Shown here one piece after another: positions 47,792 through 60,365 of a DNA stretch of 64,000 nucleotides. The DNA comes from an uncultured Gemmatimonadaceae bacterium. Its GTDB lineage: Bacteria; Gemmatimonadota; Gemmatimonadetes; Gemmatimonadales; Gemmatimonadaceae. The notes beneath the pieces are model-generated. The model was not told the DNA's origin, made no database searches, and saw only the letters and a list, made by a program, of their open reading frames with translations. The translations under genes and the position numbers were made by a program. The stretch covers positions 224,001-288,000 of the forward strand of contig CAWHHI010000003.1 of NCBI GenBank assembly GCA_963829055.1, written 5' to 3'. Numbering within the stretch: position 1 is the first letter of the stretch; each line of letters starts with the position of its first letter.

Positions 47792-47819
47792 CCCGCGCTA
47801 CGACTGCCAGTAGCGCGGG
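47792..47819. terminator. Hairpin between convergent genes (putative terminator)
   Basis: CCCGCGCTAC-8 nt-GTAGCGCGGG, with no clear U-tract. Confidence 0.45.
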
Positions 47820-47922
47820 GGAACGAGTGCCCCCTGCGAGTTGCGAGAACGGCCTCGAGACGCATCGTGTCCCGAGGCCGTGTTGGCAACGCGTCGCCCG
47901 AGCGACGCCGCTAGCGCCTGCG

Positions 47923-48538
47923 TCATCCCTGCTTCGACCGCAGATCCTCCGCCGCCTTGCGCCCGGTGTCGAGGCTCACGCGCACGTCGCTCAGGAACTT
48001 CCGCACCGGCTCCTGACGCACGCCGCCGTTCTCGAGCGCGTCGTCGATCTCGTCCATGAGGTCCTTCCGGACCTTGATCACGCGGTCCAGATACGCACGA
48101 TTGAAATCGGCCCCGCTGCGTCGACTGCAGGTCCCGCATTGCCTCCGCCTGGTCACCGATGACGTCGCGGTCGGGAAGCACCGGCGCGATATTCAGGCGG
48201 TCGGCCGTCGACTTGATGCCGCTGCGCGTCACCGCGTTCTCACTCACCGCCTTCGTCGCGAAGTCGTTCACCGCACCCGTGCGTCTTGCTCTGCGCCAGT
48301 CGATCGGTCGCGATCATCGCCGAGTACGCGGTATCGAGCAACGCGAAGACGTTCTCGTCGGTGAGCATCGCGGCGACCGTCGTCGCAACGGACGCCGGCG
48401 CCGAGTCGATCACGCCGACACGACCCGCCGACGTGTCGACCTGCGGCGTACGACGATCGCCACCGTACGCCAGTGGCATGCGACCGCGGCCGACACGGCA
48501 ACGACGCCGAAAACTCGAACATTTACCGAACGTGTCAT
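47923..48538 (-). CDS. DUF4142-like lipoprotein (frameshifted)
   Basis: AAVAC lipobox, LTDENVFALL, VNDFATK, SGADFNRAYLD. Confidence 0.65.
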
Positions 48539-48622
48539 GATGCACCCCGCTTGGCTGAGCGTGACCCCTGAACGGTGACAGCTGACGACAGCACCGAGCG
48601 CGCAAAGCATACCGCGAGCCAG

Positions 48623-49818
48623 ATGACCTCCCGACTCTACTATACGGACGCCTACCTCACCGCCTTCGACGGACGCATCACCGAGATCTCCGCCGACGGG
48701 CAGCCGCGTGTATCTCGACCGAGACCGCCTTCTACCCCGCGTCAGGCGGCCAGCCGTTCGACCTCGGCTCACTGGGCGGCGCGCCGGTCGCCGACGTCGT
48801 CGACGAGGACGAGCGCGTCGCACACGTGCTCGCCGCACCGCTGTCCGGCCGCGCGGTCGGTGACACGGTGCACGGCGAGATCGACTGGCGGCGGCGCTTC
48901 GATCACATGCAGCAGCACACGGGGCAGCATCTCCTGTCGGCAGTGTTCGCTGACCTCTTCGGCTACGAGACGGTGAGCGTGCACTTCGGCGCCGACCGCT
49001 CGTCGCTCGATCTCGACGTCGGCGCGATCGACGCCCAGCGCGTTAGGCGAGGCCGAACGTCGCGCGAACGAGATCGTGTGGGAGAATCGACCGGTGAGCG
49101 TGAGCGTTCGAGGAGTCCGCCACGGCCACGGGTCTCCGGAAGCCGCCGCCGCGCGAAGGGACGCTCCGCGTCGTGACCATCGAGGCGCTCGACCGCAGCG
49201 CGTGCGGCGGCACGCACGTGCGCGCCACGGGCGAGATCGGCGCCATCATGCTGCGCGGGACGGAGCGCATGCGGAAACAGACGCGGGTCGAGTTCCTCTG
49301 CGGCGGCCGCGTGATTCGTCAGGCACGCGCCGACTTCGAAACGCTGTCCGCGATCGCGCTCTCGCTCAAGGCGTCGGCGCCGAAGCACCTGCACTCGTGG
49401 TGGCGCAGAGCGAGCAGCTTGCGCGACGCGCTGGCGGCGCGCAAGCGCCTCGAAGGCGAGCTCGCCGTGCACAAGGCTCGGGCCCTGTACGACATGCCAC
49501 GCGCCGACGCCGGCAGGCGTGCGCGTCGCTGTAGTGCGACGCGACGCCGGCTCGCTCGAGGAGATGCGCCCGTTCGCGCAGGCGTTCGCTGCGTTGCCGC
49601 AAGGCGGCGTTCGATCGCGGCGATCGCATCGCCCGCCGACGGTGCTCGTCGCCGCATCGGAAGACTCGGGCGTCGATGCCGGCGCCGTACTCAAGGCTGG
49701 CACTGACAGCGGCCGGCGGTCGCGGCGGCGGCTCGCCGCGGCTCGCGCAGGGCACCGTTCCTAACGCGGACGCGCTCGAGCGCGGTGGTGCGCGTCCGTG
49801 CAGGCAGCGTTCGCGTGA
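48623..49818 (+). CDS. AlaX-type alanyl-tRNA editing protein with DHHA1 domain (frameshifted)
   Basis: RLYYTDAYL, TAFYPASGGQPFDLG, RRFDHMQQHTGQHLLS, DRSACGGTHV, C-terminal GGRGGGSPRLAQG. End is approximate. Confidence 0.88.
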
Positions 49819-49848
49819 GGTACCGCGCGATCGCGACGCGCACTCGTT

Positions 49849-51356
49849 ATGACGCCCGCCGTGCTGGTCGGTCAGCGTGACGCCGCCAACCGACTCGCTT
49901 GCGGTCGCCCGCTGGACACGACCGATCATCGCATCGATGTCGACGCTGCCGGCCGGGTCGCGTCGTACGCGCATGGTCGTCCCGCGCGGACACGTCGCAG
50001 CGTTATGCACTCTACCTGCCGTCCGCGTTCACGCGCGACCGGCAGTGGCCCGTGCTCTTCCTGCTCGACCCGCGCGGGCGGGCGCTCGTGCCCATGCAGC
50101 GCTTCCAGCCGGTCGCTGAGCGACTCGGGTACATCGTCGATCAGCTCGTACAACACGCTGAGCGACGGCCCCGCCGAGCCTAACTACACGGCCATGAACG
50201 GCCATGCTGGACGACGTGCAGCGATCGTTGCCGGTGAACTCACGGCGCTTCTACCTCGTCGGCTTCTCCGGGACGGCGCGGTTTGCGTGGGAGATGACCA
50301 CGCAACTTCACGGGTAGCGTCGCCGGCATCATCGGCGCGGGCGCGTCGGTGCCCGGCGGTACATCGTGGATCCGCGCGAACATCGGGAAGTCGTCGCCGG
50401 TGTTGTTCGGCACGATCGGCATGCTCGACATGAACTACGAGGAGGTGCGCATCGTTCGACGCCGAGCTCGATGCCATTGGCGCGATGCATCACGTCGAGC
50501 GGTTCGACGGCGGGCACCAGTGGCCACCGACGGAGTTGGCGGCACGCTCGGTCGAATGGCTCGACGCTGCAGGCGATGCGGCGGGGACTCGAGGCCACGC
50601 AACCAGCCGTGGATCGATTCACTCTACGGCGCGTGGCTCGCGCGTGCGGCTCGGGTCGACTCAGCTCGGCGACGCCCCCGCCGCGGCGCGGCAGTATCGG
50701 CTCGTCCGCGCCGACTTCGACGGTCTCACGGACGTCGGTGCCGCGGCTGCGCGCCTGGGCGCGCTCGAGCGGGATCGATCGCGTCCGCCGCAGCGTCGCC
50801 GCAGAGAACGCGATCGCCGAGCGCGACTGCGCGATGGAGCTCAGGCAGCTCATGTCGTTCGTGGCCGAGATGAGGCGCGCGCCGTCGCCGCCGTCGATCG
50901 ACCAGGCGCGGAAGCGGCTCGAGCTCGATCGCGCTGCGTCGCGATGCCGCGCGCACGGACGATTCGACGTCCGCGATCGCGGCGCGGCGCGCGCTCGAAC
51001 GGATCTTCGCGCACATGTCGTTCTACGCGCCGCGGGAGTTCCTCGATACCCAGCGTTATGCATACGCGGCGTCCGCCCTTCAGGTCGCGCGACTCATCAA
51101 ACCGAATGACGGTGGCGTGTGCTTCTGGCAAGCACGGGCGCTCGCGCAGATGGGCGACAAACCGAGCGCGCTCCAGGCGCTGGAGTGCGCGGTCGCAAGC
51201 AAACAGGTGACGGCGGCGGCGATCGAGGCGGACACGCTGCTCACACCGCTCCGTGGCGAGGCGAAATACCGCGAGATCCTCTCGCGACCGTGGGTCATTC
51301 CGAGCGAGCGCAGCCGAGTGCCGGGCGCAGTCGAGGAATCGCGAGCTTCCAGGTAG
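49849..51356 (+). CDS. Putative secreted alpha/beta-hydrolase with C-terminal TPR-like helices (frameshifted)
   Basis: YALYLPSAF..WPVLFLLDPRG, YLVGFSGTAR, FDGGHQWPP, FWQARALAQMGDKPSALQAL. Confidence 0.65.
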
Positions 51357-51425
51357 AGAGGCCCTCTACAGCGCAGGGCCTCGATTCCTCGACTCCGCGC
51401 CTGCGGCGCTCCGCTCGGAATGACA
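51294..51425. repeat. REP-like palindromic element
   Basis: GTCATTCCGAGCG...GTCGAGGAATCG..GTAGAG..CTCTAC..CGATTCCTCGAC...CGCTCGGAATGACA, the same family as 69-188. Overlaps the last codons of the upstream ORF. Confidence 0.88.
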
Positions 51426-51455
51426 AGCGGCTCGTTTGTTGTATACAGACTCTAC

Positions 51456-51979
51456 ATGGCCAGCCGCTCGCGCTTCCCGCGCTACCCGGAACAGGTGACC
51501 CCGCCCGCGAAGATCTCCACGCGCGGCGGCGGTGTCGCGCGTGCGCGTGGGCTCGCGCGGCTGCTCGACGACCTCATTCGTGTTCCCGGCACCAACATCG
51601 GGATCGGACTCGACCCCATCATCGGGCTCATCCCCGGAGTCGGCGACGTGACTCGGCGGGCGTGATGTCGAGCTACATCCTGCTCGTCGCCGCCCAGGAA
51701 GGCGCTCCGACATCCGTGCTCGTGCGCATGCTCGGCAACATCGCGCTCGACAGCCTCGTCGGCATCGTGCCCGTGTTCGGCGACCTGTTCGACGTCGGCG
51801 TGAAGTCCAACCGCCGCAACGTCGACCTGCTCGAGCGCTATCTCGGCGCGCCGAGGGAAACGAAGGCGGCGAGCCGAGGCGTCGTCGCCCTCATTGTCCT
51901 TGCGCTGGTACTGCTGATCGCCGGCGTCGTCGCGGCCGGGGTTCTGGTCGTGAAGCTGCTCGGTCGCCTGCTGGGCTGA
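51456..51979 (+). CDS. DUF4112 family membrane protein (frameshift near 51650)
   Basis: LARLLDDLIRVPGTNIGIGLDPIIGLIPGVGD, RMLGNIALDSLVGIVPVFGDLFDVGVKSNRRN. Confidence 0.88.
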
Positions 51980-51997
51980 CCGCTCTGCACGCGGACG

Positions 51998-54689
51998 CTA
52001 CTCGCTCCGCAGTGCCTCCAGCGGATCTACGCGAACCGCCCGCCACGCCGGCACGAGGCACGCCGCGAGCGTGACCGCGAGCAACACCGCGGCGACACCG
52101 ATGAACGTCAGCGCATCGGTCGGCCTCACACCGTAGAGCAGCTTCGTCAGCACCCGCCCTAACGCGGCAGCGCCCAGCAGCCCGATCGTGAGCCCGGCGA
52201 CCGCCGAGCCGAGTGCCCTGACGCACGATCATGCCGAAGACGTTGCTCGGTTGCGCGCCGAGGGCCACGCGGACGCCGATCTCGCGCGTCCGCGCCGCAA
52301 CCGAGTACGCCATGACGCCGTACACGCCGACCGCCGCGAGCACGAGCGCGAGCAGCGCAAACGCCGCCATGAGCTGCATCGGCAGGCGCCGGTCGGTGAG
52401 CCCCATCGACTGCACGTCTCGCAGCGTGCGGGGCTCGACTACCGGGAGCGTGGGGTCGATGGCTTTGCACCTCGCGACGCACGGCCGGCAGCAGCGCCAT
52501 CGGGTCCCCGGTCGTGCGGATCGACGATCGGCCTGCCCCGCCCCAGTGGTCCTGCCGCGACGAGACGTAGACCGTCGGACGCGGCTCGCCAGCGACACCC
52601 ATGCGCACATCGCCCACGACGCCGACGACCGTCGATCCACGGATCGTTAGGGTTCGGGCCGAGCCGGATGCGCGCGCCGATCGGGTCGGCGTTAGGCCAG
52701 AACTGCCTGCGCGACCAGCGACTCGCTCAGGATCACGACACGCGGCGTCTGCTTCGTGTCCCCGGGCCGAAGACCCGACCGCGCTTGAGCGGGATGCCCG
52801 ATGGTCTTGAACAGGTCGTCGGAGACAGGTTGATAGCCTACCTCCGGCAGCTTCCCTTCGGGCACGCGGACGACCCGTCGATCGCCAGCGACGCCGAAGC
52901 CCCGCCGCGCAGCGGCAGGTTGCCGAAACCGCCAGCCGAGACCACGCCGGGCAACGCGGCGAGCCGAGCGTACAGCTGGTTGAAGAACGTGTCCTCGGCG
53001 TCGGGACTCTCGTAGCGCTTCCCGCGAGAGTCCGATCTCGAACGTGAGCACCGAATCGATCGAGTACCCGAGGCTCGATCGTCTGTAGCCGCAGGAGACT
53101 GCGGACGAGCAGATCCGGCGCCGACGAGCAGCACGACGGCAAGCGCGAGCTGTCCTGTCACGAGCGCGGTTCGCAACCGGTGACGGGAGACGCCGCCGCT
53201 GGAACCGCGCCCAGCATCCTTGAGGGCGAGGTGAACGCCGCGAGACGCGCTGAGCGCCGGCACGAGCCCGAACAGCACGCCACAGACGACCGTCACAGCG
53301 AACGCCACCGCGAGCACCGTCCGGTCGACGCCGATCCCGCCCGTAGCTCGGCAGCATTGTGCCGGCGGACGCGACCAGCGCGTGCGCTCCCCAGACCGCG
53401 AGCGCCACCCCGACCACGCCGCCGCAGACCGCGAGGACGAGGCTCTCGGTCATCATCTGTCGGACGAGTCGCGCCCGGCCGGCACCTAACGCCACGCGGA
53501 CCGCGAGCTCCTGGCGGCGCGACACGGCGCGCGACAGCAACATGCCGGCTACGTTCGCGCAGGCAATGAGCAGGACGAGCGCGGACGCTCCGAACAGCAC
53601 CAGCAGTGCCGGCCGAGTGTCGCCGACGACCGCGTCTCGCACGCCGAGCATGCTCGACGTAATGTTGGTGTTCGCTTCCGGGTAGTCCCGTTCGAGCTGC
53701 CTGGCATGATGGCGATCGAGGTCCGCGCTGGCGGCGGCCTCGGTCACGTTAGGCCGCAAGTCGGCCGATCGCACCCAGGAAGTGGAACTTGCGCGCGCGA
53801 TTCACGTCCCGGAGCATGGGGCGTCAGGTCGAGCGGTGTGTAGATCTCGACCTCAGCTCACGGTCGGAAAGAAGAACGCGGGCGGGAGCACGCCGATCAC
53901 GGTGCGCGAGCGCCCGCTCAGGTTGATGCTCTTACCGATGATGCCGCTGTCCGCGCCGAAGACGCGGCGCCAGACGTCGAAGCCGAGCACGATCGTGGGC
54001 GCCGCGCCGGCGGAATCCTCGCCAATGGCGAACGTGCGCCCGAGGAGTGGGCGCACGCCCAGCACGTTGAAGACGTTCGCGTCCACGCGGAGCCCGGACA
54101 GCGGCACCGGATCGTCGGTGCCGATGTACGTCCCGCCGCCGTAGGCGAACGCTCCTATCGTCGCTGAACGAGCGCTGGCGGGCGCGCAGATCGATGAAAT
54201 CGGCCGGCGGAGAGTTGGCCCGCGGTCGGTCGGCGGAGTTCGCGTGGGCGCCCCATACGCGCACGACCCGGTCGGCATCGCGGAATGGGAGGTCGCGCAG
54301 CAACAGCGCGTTGACGACGCTGAAGATGGCCGTGTTGGCGCCGATACCTAACGCGAGCGTGATGAGCGCGACGACGGCGAACCCGGGCGATCGGCGGAGC
54401 GTTCGCCAGCTGTGCGCGACATCCTGCCGCAGCTCGGCCATGAGATCGGTACGACGTTCCTCGCGTGTGCTCATGGCGTCCTCCGCCAGGCAATATCGTT
54501 TTGTGTAATCCAGGTCGCCGAACTCGCGCACGTGCCTCGCGCCTCGCCGTCGTCCTCGGGCAGGCCCTGCTCGACCAGCTCGCGCGTCCGCATGTCGAAG
54601 TAGAAGCGCAGCTCGTCGTCGAGGTCCGCGCGCCGGCGTGCCGACGACCGCTGAGGAAGACGCAGGAACTTCCGCAAACGGCCGCTCAC
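51998..54689 (-). CDS. ADOP/MacB-type ABC transporter permease (frameshifted)
   Basis: [87 protein letters not shown]. Confidence 0.92.
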
Positions 54690-55018
54690 ACCGGCTCCAG
54701 CACCTTGAACACGGCTTCGACGTACGTGCGCCACGTGGCTGCCTCTGCCCGTAGCTGTTTCCGCCCTTCAGCCGTCAGCGCGTAGTACTTCGCGCGCCGG
54801 TTGTTCTCGGACACGCCCCATTCGGCGCGAATCCACTTCTTGCGCTCGAGTCGGTGCAGCGCCTGATAGAGCGCCGCGCTCTCGATCGTCAGCACACCCT
54901 CGGTGCGCTCGCGGATGAAGCGCGAGACGCCGTAGCCGTGCATGGGCTCCCAGGCGAGCGTGCGGAGAATGAGGACGTCGACGGTACCCTGCAGGAGATC
55001 GATCGGCGGCTTCGTCAT
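54686..55018 (-). CDS. PadR family transcriptional regulator (Acidobacteria-type, ADOP-associated)
   Basis: LLQGTVDVLIL, MHGYGV, LYQALHRLE, WGVSENNRRAKYYALT. Overlaps the permease start. Confidence 0.95.
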   Translation of the reverse strand: MTKPPIDLLQGTVDVLILRTLAWEPMHGYGVSRFIRERTEGVLTIESAALYQALHRLERKKWIRAEWGVSENNRRAKYYALTAEGRKQLRAEAATWRTYVEAVFKVLEPV

Positions 55019-55173
55019 CGGCTTCCAGTAAGCATGTGACTGGAACGATGCGGAGACGGCCCAATGTGGTCAAGAGCTCAGGGACCGACGGTCGGTCACT
55101 CACGTCGCCACGCTGGCTGCGCCACGGGCTTATAGGGAGTGGCTGGCATCGTGGTCGGTATCGCGAGTACCAC

Positions 55174-55305
55174 GTCGTCAGTCGTGAGTCGCCTGTCATC
55201 AGTTTTCAGTCTCGCCTGGCGAATGGCTACGAGCCGCCAATGGTCGTCACTGACGACTCGACTGATGACTGATGACCCACGACTGCACGACTGAGAACTC
55301 ACGAC
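55174..55305. repeat. Inverted degenerate heptamer arrays (GTCATCA/TGATGAC type)
   Basis: GTCGTCAGTCGTGAGTC..GTCATCAG on the left and GACTGATGACTGATGAC..ACTCACGAC on the right. Intergenic. Confidence 0.6.
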
Positions 55306-55393
55306 AGGCACGAACGTCCGCGATGCCGGTGCGCGCTGGACGCGGCGGCACGACGGCTGACAACATCAGGCGACCATTTCAAGTGAGCGCTTG

Positions 55394-57106
55394 GTGATCT
55401 ACCGATCGGTTGGGCGGTTCGCGTCATTGTGTGTTCTCTCGTCGTTCGTCCTCGCGCTACTCGTTCGCGACGCACACGCCCAGGCCACGTCGCGTGACGA
55501 GACCCTGCGCCTCGTCGGCGCGCTTGCCGGTGACACGCCGCTGCTGCGCGACCTGCAGTCGTTGGCAGATGGTATCGGTGGCCGCGCCACCGGATCGACC
55601 GCAAACACGCGCGCCGTGGCCTGGGCGCTCGCGCGTTTTCGCGAGGCCGGAGTCGATGCGAGGGCCGAACCGTTCACCATGCCCGTGCGCTGGCTCGAGC
55701 GGTCTGCCGCTGCCACCGTGCGTGGTGAAGGCGTCGAGTTCCACCCGGCTGTCGCGGCCATGCCATTCTCCGCGCCGACGCCCGCCGGCGGAACGACGGC
55801 GCCGTTGCTCGATGTCGGCTACGGCAAGAAGGAAGATTTCGAGCGACTCGGTGCGAGCGTACGCGGCGCATTCCTGCTCGTGCAGCAGGACGAGCTGAGA
55901 GATGTCGATGGACTGTTTCGCGAGTACGGCGAGTCCGCTGAAATCGAACAACGGGCCTTTGCCGCGGGCGTGGCAGGCGTGGCGTACATGGGGTCCCGCC
56001 CCTACAACACCCTCTACCGGCACAACGTGTCCATCGGCGCGGCCAACACGCGCCCGATGGTCGTCATGGAACACGACGCGGCCGAGAAGGCGTTGCGGCT
56101 GCTGCGGGGCGGAGCCCGCCTAACGTTGACCGAACGGATCGACATCGATGGCGGCGGCCCCTATCAGGCACAGAACGTGATCGGCGAGATCCGTGGCACC
56201 ACGAGGCCCGACGAGGTCGTCGTCATCGGCGCTCACCTCGACTCGTGGGACCTGGGTGACGGAGCGCTCGATAACGGCGCGAACGTCGCGCTCGTCATTG
56301 ACGTCGCTCGTCAGATGAAGCGGCTCGGCCTACGCCCCACGCGCACGATCCGCTTCGCGTTATGGAACGGCGAGGAGCAGGGAATGATCGGCTCGTTCGG
56401 GTACACGAAGACGCACGCGGCCGAGCTCGATCGGCACGTGATGGCGGGCTCGATCGATATCGGGTGCGGACGCATCAACGGGTTCTTCACCGGCGGCCGC
56501 CCGGAAATACTTCCCGCCGTCACCCGCTCGCTGGAAGCCGTCAGCGGCTTGGGTCCGTTCACGCAGGTCGACGCGCCGATCGTTGGCACCGACAACTTCG
56601 ACTTCATGCTGCATGGCGTCGCGAACCTCGTCGCGAACCAGGAGCCGGCGCTGTACGGCCAGAACTACCACGCGCACTCGGACGTGTTCGTGAAGTGCGA
56701 CCCGCAGCAGCTTCGCCTGAACGCGATGATCACCGCCGCGGTGGTCTATGGATTCGCCACCATGGACGTCACGTGGAATCGCCAGACGCGAGCGGACGTC
56801 GAAGGTTTGATGAAGCGCACCGATCTCGAGCAACAGATGCGCATGTTCAACGTCTGGGACGAATGGGCCGCGGGAACGCGAGGACGTCAGTCGGGAATAG
56901 GGAATCGGGACTGGCGACTAGGGAATCGGGAACTGGGGACTCGAGCTGGTGACGCTGGTCGACCAGCAGTCGTTGGTCGACCAGCGACCAGCACGAGCGA
57001 CCAGCGACCAGCTCGCCAGTCCCGATTCCCGATTCCCGATTCCCGATTCCCGACGTTCACAGAGATTCCAGGAACTTCACGAGCGCCGATCTCTTCGCGG
57101 AGTTGA
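55394..57106 (+). CDS. M28 family (carboxypeptidase Q-like) peptidase with PA domain
   Basis: GAHLDSWDLGDGALDNG, GEEQG, YHAHSD. The real protein probably ends near 56900, and the remaining ORF reads through a repeat. Confidence 0.9.
   Translation: MIYRSVGRFASLCVLSSFVLALLVRDAHAQATSRDETLRLVGALAGDTPLLRDLQSLADGIGGRATGSTANTRAVAWALARFREAGVDARAEPFTMPVRWLERSAAATVRGEGVEFHPAVAAMPFSAPTPAGGTTAPLLDVGYGKKEDFERLGASVRGAFLLVQQDELRDVDGLFREYGESAEIEQRAFAAGVAGVAYMGSRPYNTLYRHNVSIGAANTRPMVVMEHDAAEKALRLLRGGARLTLTERIDIDGGGPYQAQNVIGEIRGTTRPDEVVVIGAHLDSWDLGDGALDNGANVALVIDVARQMKRLGLRPTRTIRFALWNGEEQGMIGSFGYTKTHAAELDRHVMAGSIDIGCGRINGFFTGGRPEILPAVTRSLEAVSGLGPFTQVDAPIVGTDNFDFMLHGVANLVANQEPALYGQNYHAHSDVFVKCDPQQLRLNAMITAAVVYGFATMDVTWNRQTRADVEGLMKRTDLEQQMRMFNVWDEWAAGTRGRQSGIGNRDWRLGNRELGTRAGDAGRPAVVGRPATSTSDQRPARQSRFPIPDSRFPTFTEIPGTSRAPISSRS
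56891..57053. repeat. Nested inverted heptamer arrays (GGGAATC)n ... (GATTCCC)n with inner GCTGGTC/GACCAGC
   Basis: Directly visible; lies between convergent genes. Confidence 0.8.
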
Positions 57107-58489
57107 GCCCGAGCACCGCATCGCGCGATGCTTTTGCTTCACCGCCATGCCAGAGCACGGCTTCCATGAGCGAGCGCGCGCGACCATCGTGAAGGAAGTT
57201 GGTGTGCCCGTTCACCGTCTGCACGAGACCGATCCCCCAGAGCGGCGGCGTGCGCCACTCTTTTCCGGACGCCTGGAAATCGGGACGATTGTCGGCCAGA
57301 TCCGGTCCCATGTCGTGGAGCAGCAGATCGGTGTACGGGTGGATCACCTGGTTCGACACCGATGGCACGCCGTCGAGCGAGCCTGTCCTGACCGTCGTGG
57401 TGTGACAGGTCGCGCATCCGACCTGATAGAAGATCGCCTCGCCCTGCGTCGCCTGCGCGTCGTCGATATTGCGGCGCGCCGGCACGCCTAACGTCTGCAT
57501 GTATCGCGCGACCGCGAGAACAGCCTGATCGCTGACCTCGGGCGCGTGCCGTGCGCACTCGTCACGGTCGCCCTCGCACGACTCGGCCGGGAACAGCGAG
57601 GAGGTCACGCCCATGTCCCCGTTGTAGGCCCCGGCCGTCTGCTGGATGAGGTTCGGCGCGCCGGCCTTCCATCCAAAGCGTCCGACGACCGTCTTCGCCG
57701 CCGCGGCGTCCCAGACGCGGTTCGCCACGCCGGAGATGCCGTCGCCGTTGGCGTCGTTAGGGTCCTCGTTGGCGAGCAGCGTCGCCGTCGGGAATCGCCT
57801 CGAGCAGTCCGAGCCCGAAGTTGACCGGCGCCACCCGGGGGCTGAACAACATCTTGTTCGCCAGCGGCTCGTAGCTGCTCGTAGAAGGAGTACGACGGGA
57901 CGCGAAGCGAGTACGCCGTGCCATCGCTGAAGCGCCCGGCCACCTCCGAGTACGTGATCGACACGCTCGCTTCCGGTGCGCTGCCCGGTATGGCGCGCAG
58001 TTGTAGCTGTCCACCGAACCCCGGGACCGGGTTCGGCGCTCCCGTCACCGGATCGCGATTCGGGAAGCTGATCCGAACCAGGAATGACTCCGCGATCTCC
58101 CCAGGGCCCGGGGGTCGGCCACGCCCGTCGCCAGCATGACAGCCCTCGCACGACACGTTGTCGAACACCGGTCCCAGCCCGGCGTGCTCGGACGTTGGAT
58201 CGGTCACGAACGCGTCTTCGAATTCCTCATCGCCCTCGTTATGGAGCTTGGTGTCAGGTCCTTTCGCGAGGTTGGCGGATGGAAGTGAGAATGCGGCGTC
58301 CGTGAGGTCGAACGTGGTGGTTGCCCCTCCTGAAAGCACCGTGTGAGCGGTGGGGTCGGGCGCCATCGCGAGCGACACGCCGAGCGGCGGTCCTGTCGTG
58401 GGCGCAGTGGGTGGCAGGACGCTGTCGTCAGAGCACGCAGCGAGTACCACCACCCACACGAGGCAGGTGGAGCGAGTGGCCAAGTGCAT
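57057..58489 (-). CDS. Di-heme oxidoreductase (DHOR) family lipoprotein (frameshifted)
   Basis: LAAC lipobox; GLGPVFDNVSCEGCH and GCATCH heme motifs; GRFGWKA; PYTDLLLHDMG; WRTPPLWG; LHDGRAR. Confidence 0.92.
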
Positions 58490-58778
58490 AAGCCTCTCCT
58501 CGATTGTTGGGCGGCGTGGCTTCAGCGCACACGCCGCCGCTGCGGCGGACGCAGGAGCGGGAACTCCTGCGCGAGCCGCTGATGCAGGCGATCGCAAGGC
58601 AATCGCGGGGAGCGCGGAAGGTGCGCGCGCCAGAGAGCACGCGCGGTGATGTGCATCACGAATTGCCCGCGCAGTCGATGAATGGGCTGCCTAACGAGCA
58701 ACTTTCACTGACGCACTGGTCAGTCCGCCGCCAGGTGCCTGACGCGGCGTGGTGAGGGTTGTTACCCGCGTCCCCTCA

Positions 58779-60209
58779 TCATCTCCGCTTGATGCTGGCG
58801 CGCCAGTAGATGACGGCGCCGAGCGCGACGAATGCTGCCGCACCACCGATGACCTTCACGCCGAACGCGAACCGATTCGGCGCGTCGCCCGGCGGAATCG
58901 ACGCAACGATCATCGCGAACACCGTGATCGCCAAGCCGCACACGCCCGCCAGCGTCGCACCCACCCGTCCGCCAGGCAGCTGACCCGTCCGCGCCGGACC
59001 CCGCGCCTGCCGCAGCAGACAGAGGAACAGGTAGATGTACGGGATGAAGTACACGAGCAGCTGCGTATCGAGCAGCACCAGATAGGCCTGCTCCACCGTC
59101 GATCCCTTGCCGAGCTGCGAGACGAGCAGGAACACCGTCGCCAGCACGGCCTGCACGAGGATCGCGACGTACGGCGTCCGAAAGCGCGGATGCACCTTCC
59201 CGAACGCCGGCGGGAAATAGCGGTCCAGCCCGATCACGAACGCCACCCGGGCCGGACCCGACAGCCACGCGCCCACACCCGCCACGTTGCTCAGCGTGTA
59301 GAGTGCCGCCGCGACTGGCGCGAGCCACATGAGTGCTGGTGACGCCGCCGCACTGCCGATGCTGATCGCCTGCAGGAACCCGGACACGATGTTGAGGTCA
59401 CCGGTCGGCACGAGCCACAACACGGACAGCGTGCCGAGGATGTAGGCGGCGGCGATCAGCGGCGCGGAGATGACGATCGCGCGCGGCAGATCGCGCCGCG
59501 GGTTCGCCGTCTCCTCTCCCATCGTCGACGAGAGCTCGAGCCCCGCGAACGCGAACGCGATCGACGCCCAGAGGTTGAGCGTCGAGAGGTCCGTCACGTT
59601 AGGCACGAGCCGCGCCGCCGTGAAGGCGTTCGCGCTCGGATGGGTGACGATCGCCACGACGCCCAGCGCGATCAGCATGACGCCGGGCAGGTAGGTGGCC
59701 ACCCCGCCAATGTTGTGCAGCCACTTCCCCGCACCGAGCCCGACGATGTTCAGCAGCGGCCGCCACCCACAGCGCGGTCAGCGCGACGCCACAGCACGTA
59801 CGGCCAGCTGTTGCCTAACGAGCGTGCCGCCCTTGCCGATCGCGTACGTCGCGATGACGGCGGTCGAGATGAGCAGGTTGGGGTAGTACAGGACGTTGTT
59901 GATCCAGTAGCACCACCCGCAGAGGAACCCGTTCCACTCGCCGTACGTCCGCCGCGTCCACGCGTAGACGCCCGCCTTCCTCCGGGAACCGCGACGCGAG
60001 CGTGATGACGGCAATGCCCTGCGGGATGAAGAAGAGCAGCGCCGCCAGCAGCCACAGCACGAGCGAGCTCGGTCCGGCCTTCGCCGACGTCGCCACCCAA
60101 CGGAGCCCGAGCACGGCGACGACGTTGAACAGCACCAGATCCCCGAGTCGGAGAACGCGCTTGAGGTCGTGGGTCCCGGGTTGGGCGGCTGTCTGGCGTC
60201 GAGCGTCAT
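58779..60209 (-). CDS. APC family amino acid permease (frameshifted)
   Basis: VLGLRWVATSAKAG, PEEGGVYAW, FAFAGLEL..EETANP, FGKVHPRFRTP. Confidence 0.88.
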
Positions 60210-60365
60210 GAAGTGTCCGGTCTGAAAAGGTGCTGAGCGTTACGGCGGGTTAAGGCGGAGGCCGGCAACTTCCTTGCGTCGCAGACCCAACTCGCCACTT
60301 GTCGTGTATGACCCAAGGAGCGCTCGTGCGCTCTGGTTTCCACTTCAACGACTTCCTGGATGCTC

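Noticed and set aside
244..57053. Heptamer arrays or the CCTAACG motif as CRISPR or telomere-like (TTAGG) repeats
   Set aside because: There are no 25-45 bp repeats with unique spacers and no cas genes. CGTTAGG copies are dispersed singletons, not terminal tandem arrays.
56900..57106. C-terminal extension of the M28 peptidase (GIGNRDW...SRFPIPDSR)
   Set aside because: It is translation of the heptamer repeat array and overlaps the convergent DHOR gene. The real stop was probably lost.
57057..58489. DHOR as part of an imelysin iron-uptake operon
   Set aside because: No imelysin or porin neighbours are present, so only the family assignment is supported.
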